A stretch of DNA of 63,817 bases, filler included, from Octopus bimaculoides (taxonomy: Eukaryota): the NCBI RefSeq assembly GCF_001194135.2. It is 7 parts of 6 records of this genome, joined end to end, with 100 filler letters (N's around TTAATTAATTAA, not from the genome) between each part and the next. Parts side by side here need not be neighbours in the genome. Positions count along the whole stretch, not along the records: positions 61,089 to 62,287 come from NW_026419716.1; positions 62,388 to 63,817 come from NW_026431616.1; 5 more parts are not named here. The stretch is one strand, 5' to 3'. The notes beneath the pieces were generated by a model. It did no database searches. It worked only from the letters and a program-made list of their open reading frames with translations, and had not been told where the DNA came from. This document shows, in pieces, positions 61,562 through 63,817 of this stretch. Made by a program: the position numbers and the translations under genes. Every line of letters starts with the position of its first letter. Positions within the stretch are counted from its first letter, which is position 1.

Positions 61562-62287
61562 CTTTAAACCAGTGGCCTACCATACTGAAAAAATTTGAAG
61601 ATACATAAAATTATATTACATACATATAAGAGGAATGACCACAAGGTGGACTCTTAATATGCTAAATGTAGACCCCATATGGTCTGACTACTAAGAAAAA
61701 ATCGTTCTCAAGAAAATTCGACAAACGCCAGAAGGTAAAGCGAGCAAGATAAATGATTAGTCACATGTCAGGTTTCATTGTTACCATTTACATTACGTAA
61801 ATGTCTGCAAATCATCAGTGTGACCGTCATAGAAAATATAATTTGCAGAACTATTCACGAGACGTCCTCACGGGAGAGAACATGCATATAGATCTATCAA
61901 TTATATTTGGGGCTATATTTCAGATGTTTTCGTTTTGGCGCGCCGAAGCCGGAAATGACTCTGCAGAAAATAATTTTCCGCATCGAGGCCAGCCGATTAG
62001 AGAACATGGTTATTTAAATTTAAATAATAGGGGTAAAAAATTGATATTAATTAGATTAATATCAATTTAAACCACTGGTCTAGCATATTTAAAAAAATCT
62101 GAAGATTCAGAAAATTATATTACATACATATAAGAGGAATGACCACTAGGTGTATTCTTAATATGCTAAGTGTAGACCGATATGGTCTGACCACGAAGAA
62201 ATAAATTGTTCTCAAGAAAATTCAGAAGGTAAAGCGCGCAAGACAAATGAAAAGATACAAAATATAATGATTAGTCACATACCAGGT
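61562..62287 (+). repeat. Two diverged ~220-250-bp direct repeats about 505 bp apart (from 61562 and 62066)
   Basis: Both read TTTAAACCA.TGG.CTA.CATA..TTATATTACATACATATAAGAGGAATGACCAC..GTTCTCAAGAAAATTC..GATTAGTCACAT..CAGGT; related sequence at ~24252-24390. Confidence 0.85.
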
Positions 62288-62387
62288 NNNNNNNNNNNNN
62301 NNNNNNNNNNNNNNNNNNNNNNNNNNNNNNNTTAATTAATTAANNNNNNNNNNNNNNNNNNNNNNNNNNNNNNNNNNNNNNNNNNNN

Positions 62388-62419
<32 letters not shown>

Positions 62420-62728
62420 AAGATATACGCACATATACATACATAAATGCTTGTGTATAAATATATATATACACATCTATACACACACACATTTATATAT
62501 GTTTACATGCCCGTACTCATACACAGGCACACGCACTCACGCACCCCACAGTCACAAACCACATTAATATTACTAATATTTAAGCTAAAAAGTTCTAATT
62601 ATGAGATAGTAAACGCTGATAGGTAGACGTCAGCGACGGCGGAGAAGAGCCTTTTCCCTTCTCTGTTTATTAATTGGCGCTTATTATATATATAACATCA
62701 ATTGCTGTGAGTGTATATGGGTGCATGT

Positions 62729-62769
<41 letters not shown>

Positions 62770-62779
62770 NNNNNNNNNN

Positions 62780-62816
<37 letters not shown>

Positions 62817-63279
62817 AATGTGGGACAAAAGAACAAGTGTTACGTCATCACGTTCATTAGCTTACAGATGTTTTTGCTAAGGCAAGCAGTGCTGTCAGAG
62901 TTGAGTCACATCCTATAGCTTCTTCGGAGCCGTTAAAATGTATGTGTGAATGTATGTATGCTTTGTTTCAGTCTTTAGAGATCGGTCATGCTGGAGCACC
63001 GCTTTGGAGAATTTTAACCAAATCTATCGATGCTAGTATTTGATGTTGTTGGGAAGCAAAGCGTCTTACCAGATCAGGAGCACAACAAAGACCGTGGACT
63101 GCGCATGTCCAGAGCCAAGTGCCTGCCTTCAGTCCCAGCTGACCAGCGCTGCCTGGCCCGTGGCAGAAACTTCCGAGTTTTCATCGAACTGCTCAGTCAC
63201 AGCCGGACGCACCGTGCTCAGTCTTCTTTCCTCATATGATGTTCTTGGTCATCGTCGACAACGACGGACGAAGAGAATC

Positions 63280-63468
63280 GTTACCACGCCGGGAAAAATG
63301 CCTAGCTGTGTTTCTTCCGTCTTTATGTTCTGAGTTCAAATTCCGCAGAGGTCAACGTTGCCTTTCATCCTTAATTTATCGGGGTCAATAAATTAAGTAC
63401 CAGTTGCGTACTAGGGTCTAATCCCATCTCCGAAATTGCTGGCCTTGTGCCAAAATTTGAAACCACTC
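63280..63468 (+). mobile_element. SINE A
   Basis: GTTCTGAGTTCAAATTCCGC..GCCTTTCATCC..AATTAAGTACCAGTTGCGTACT..GGCCTTGTGCCAAAATTTGAAACC. Confidence 0.85.
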
Positions 63469-63589
63469 CGTTTTCTTCCTCTGTTTAGACGAACGTTCCT
63501 ACCTTTTCGGACGAAACCTTTTGTAACCTTCGTCCTGTCTTTGTCCTTACATGTTTTTAATTGATATTAGCCCTTGTGGCCAATAAAAC

Positions 63590-63817
63590 GAGAGTGGCTG
63601 TGTGGTAAGTAGGTTGCTTACCAACCACATGGTTCCGGGTTCAGTCCCACTGCGTGGCATCTTGGGCAGGTGTATTCTACTATAGCCTTGGGCCGACCAA
63701 AGCCTTGTGAGTGGATTTGGTAGATGGAAACTGAAAGAAGACCGTCGTATATATGTATATATGTATATATATATATATGTGTGTGTGTATGTTTGTGTGT
63801 TTGTGTTTGTCTCCCCC
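63590..63817 (+). mobile_element. SINE family B, 5' part, running off the window end
   Basis: GTGGCTGTGTGGTAAG..GGTTCAGTCCCACTGCGTGGCA..GACCAAAGCCTTGTGAGTGGATTTGG. Confidence 0.88.

Noticed and set aside
1-63817. Whole window as a piRNA-cluster-like TE trap
   Set aside because: Element orientations are mixed, and this TE density may be normal background for such a genome; it cannot be judged without small-RNA data.

Overview
AT-rich, gap-ridden eukaryotic scaffold, most likely octopus (inferred from the SINE families, the RTE 3' tail and the microsatellite load). I recognise no host protein-coding, rRNA or functional tRNA gene, and most ORFs in the track are microsatellite or N-gap read-throughs. 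The window is mostly transposable-element remains: several tRNA-headed SINE families (one often in head-to-tail arrays), decayed non-LTR retrotransposons (Tx1/L1, CR1-group, R4/Dong, HERO, RTE), two types of Penelope-like element, a possible Gypsy RT remnant, four mariner derivatives, hAT and piggyBac MITEs, and a ~1.55 kb foldback. The most notable signal is a ~190-bp repeat in three dispersed copies (~14.4, ~19.7 and ~39.9 kb). It carries a type I hammerhead ribozyme with a long stem II, a large insert and a palindromic stem III, and the 19.7 kb minus-strand copy is one substitution from a canonical core. Coordinates were read by eye and are approximate except where motifs are quoted.
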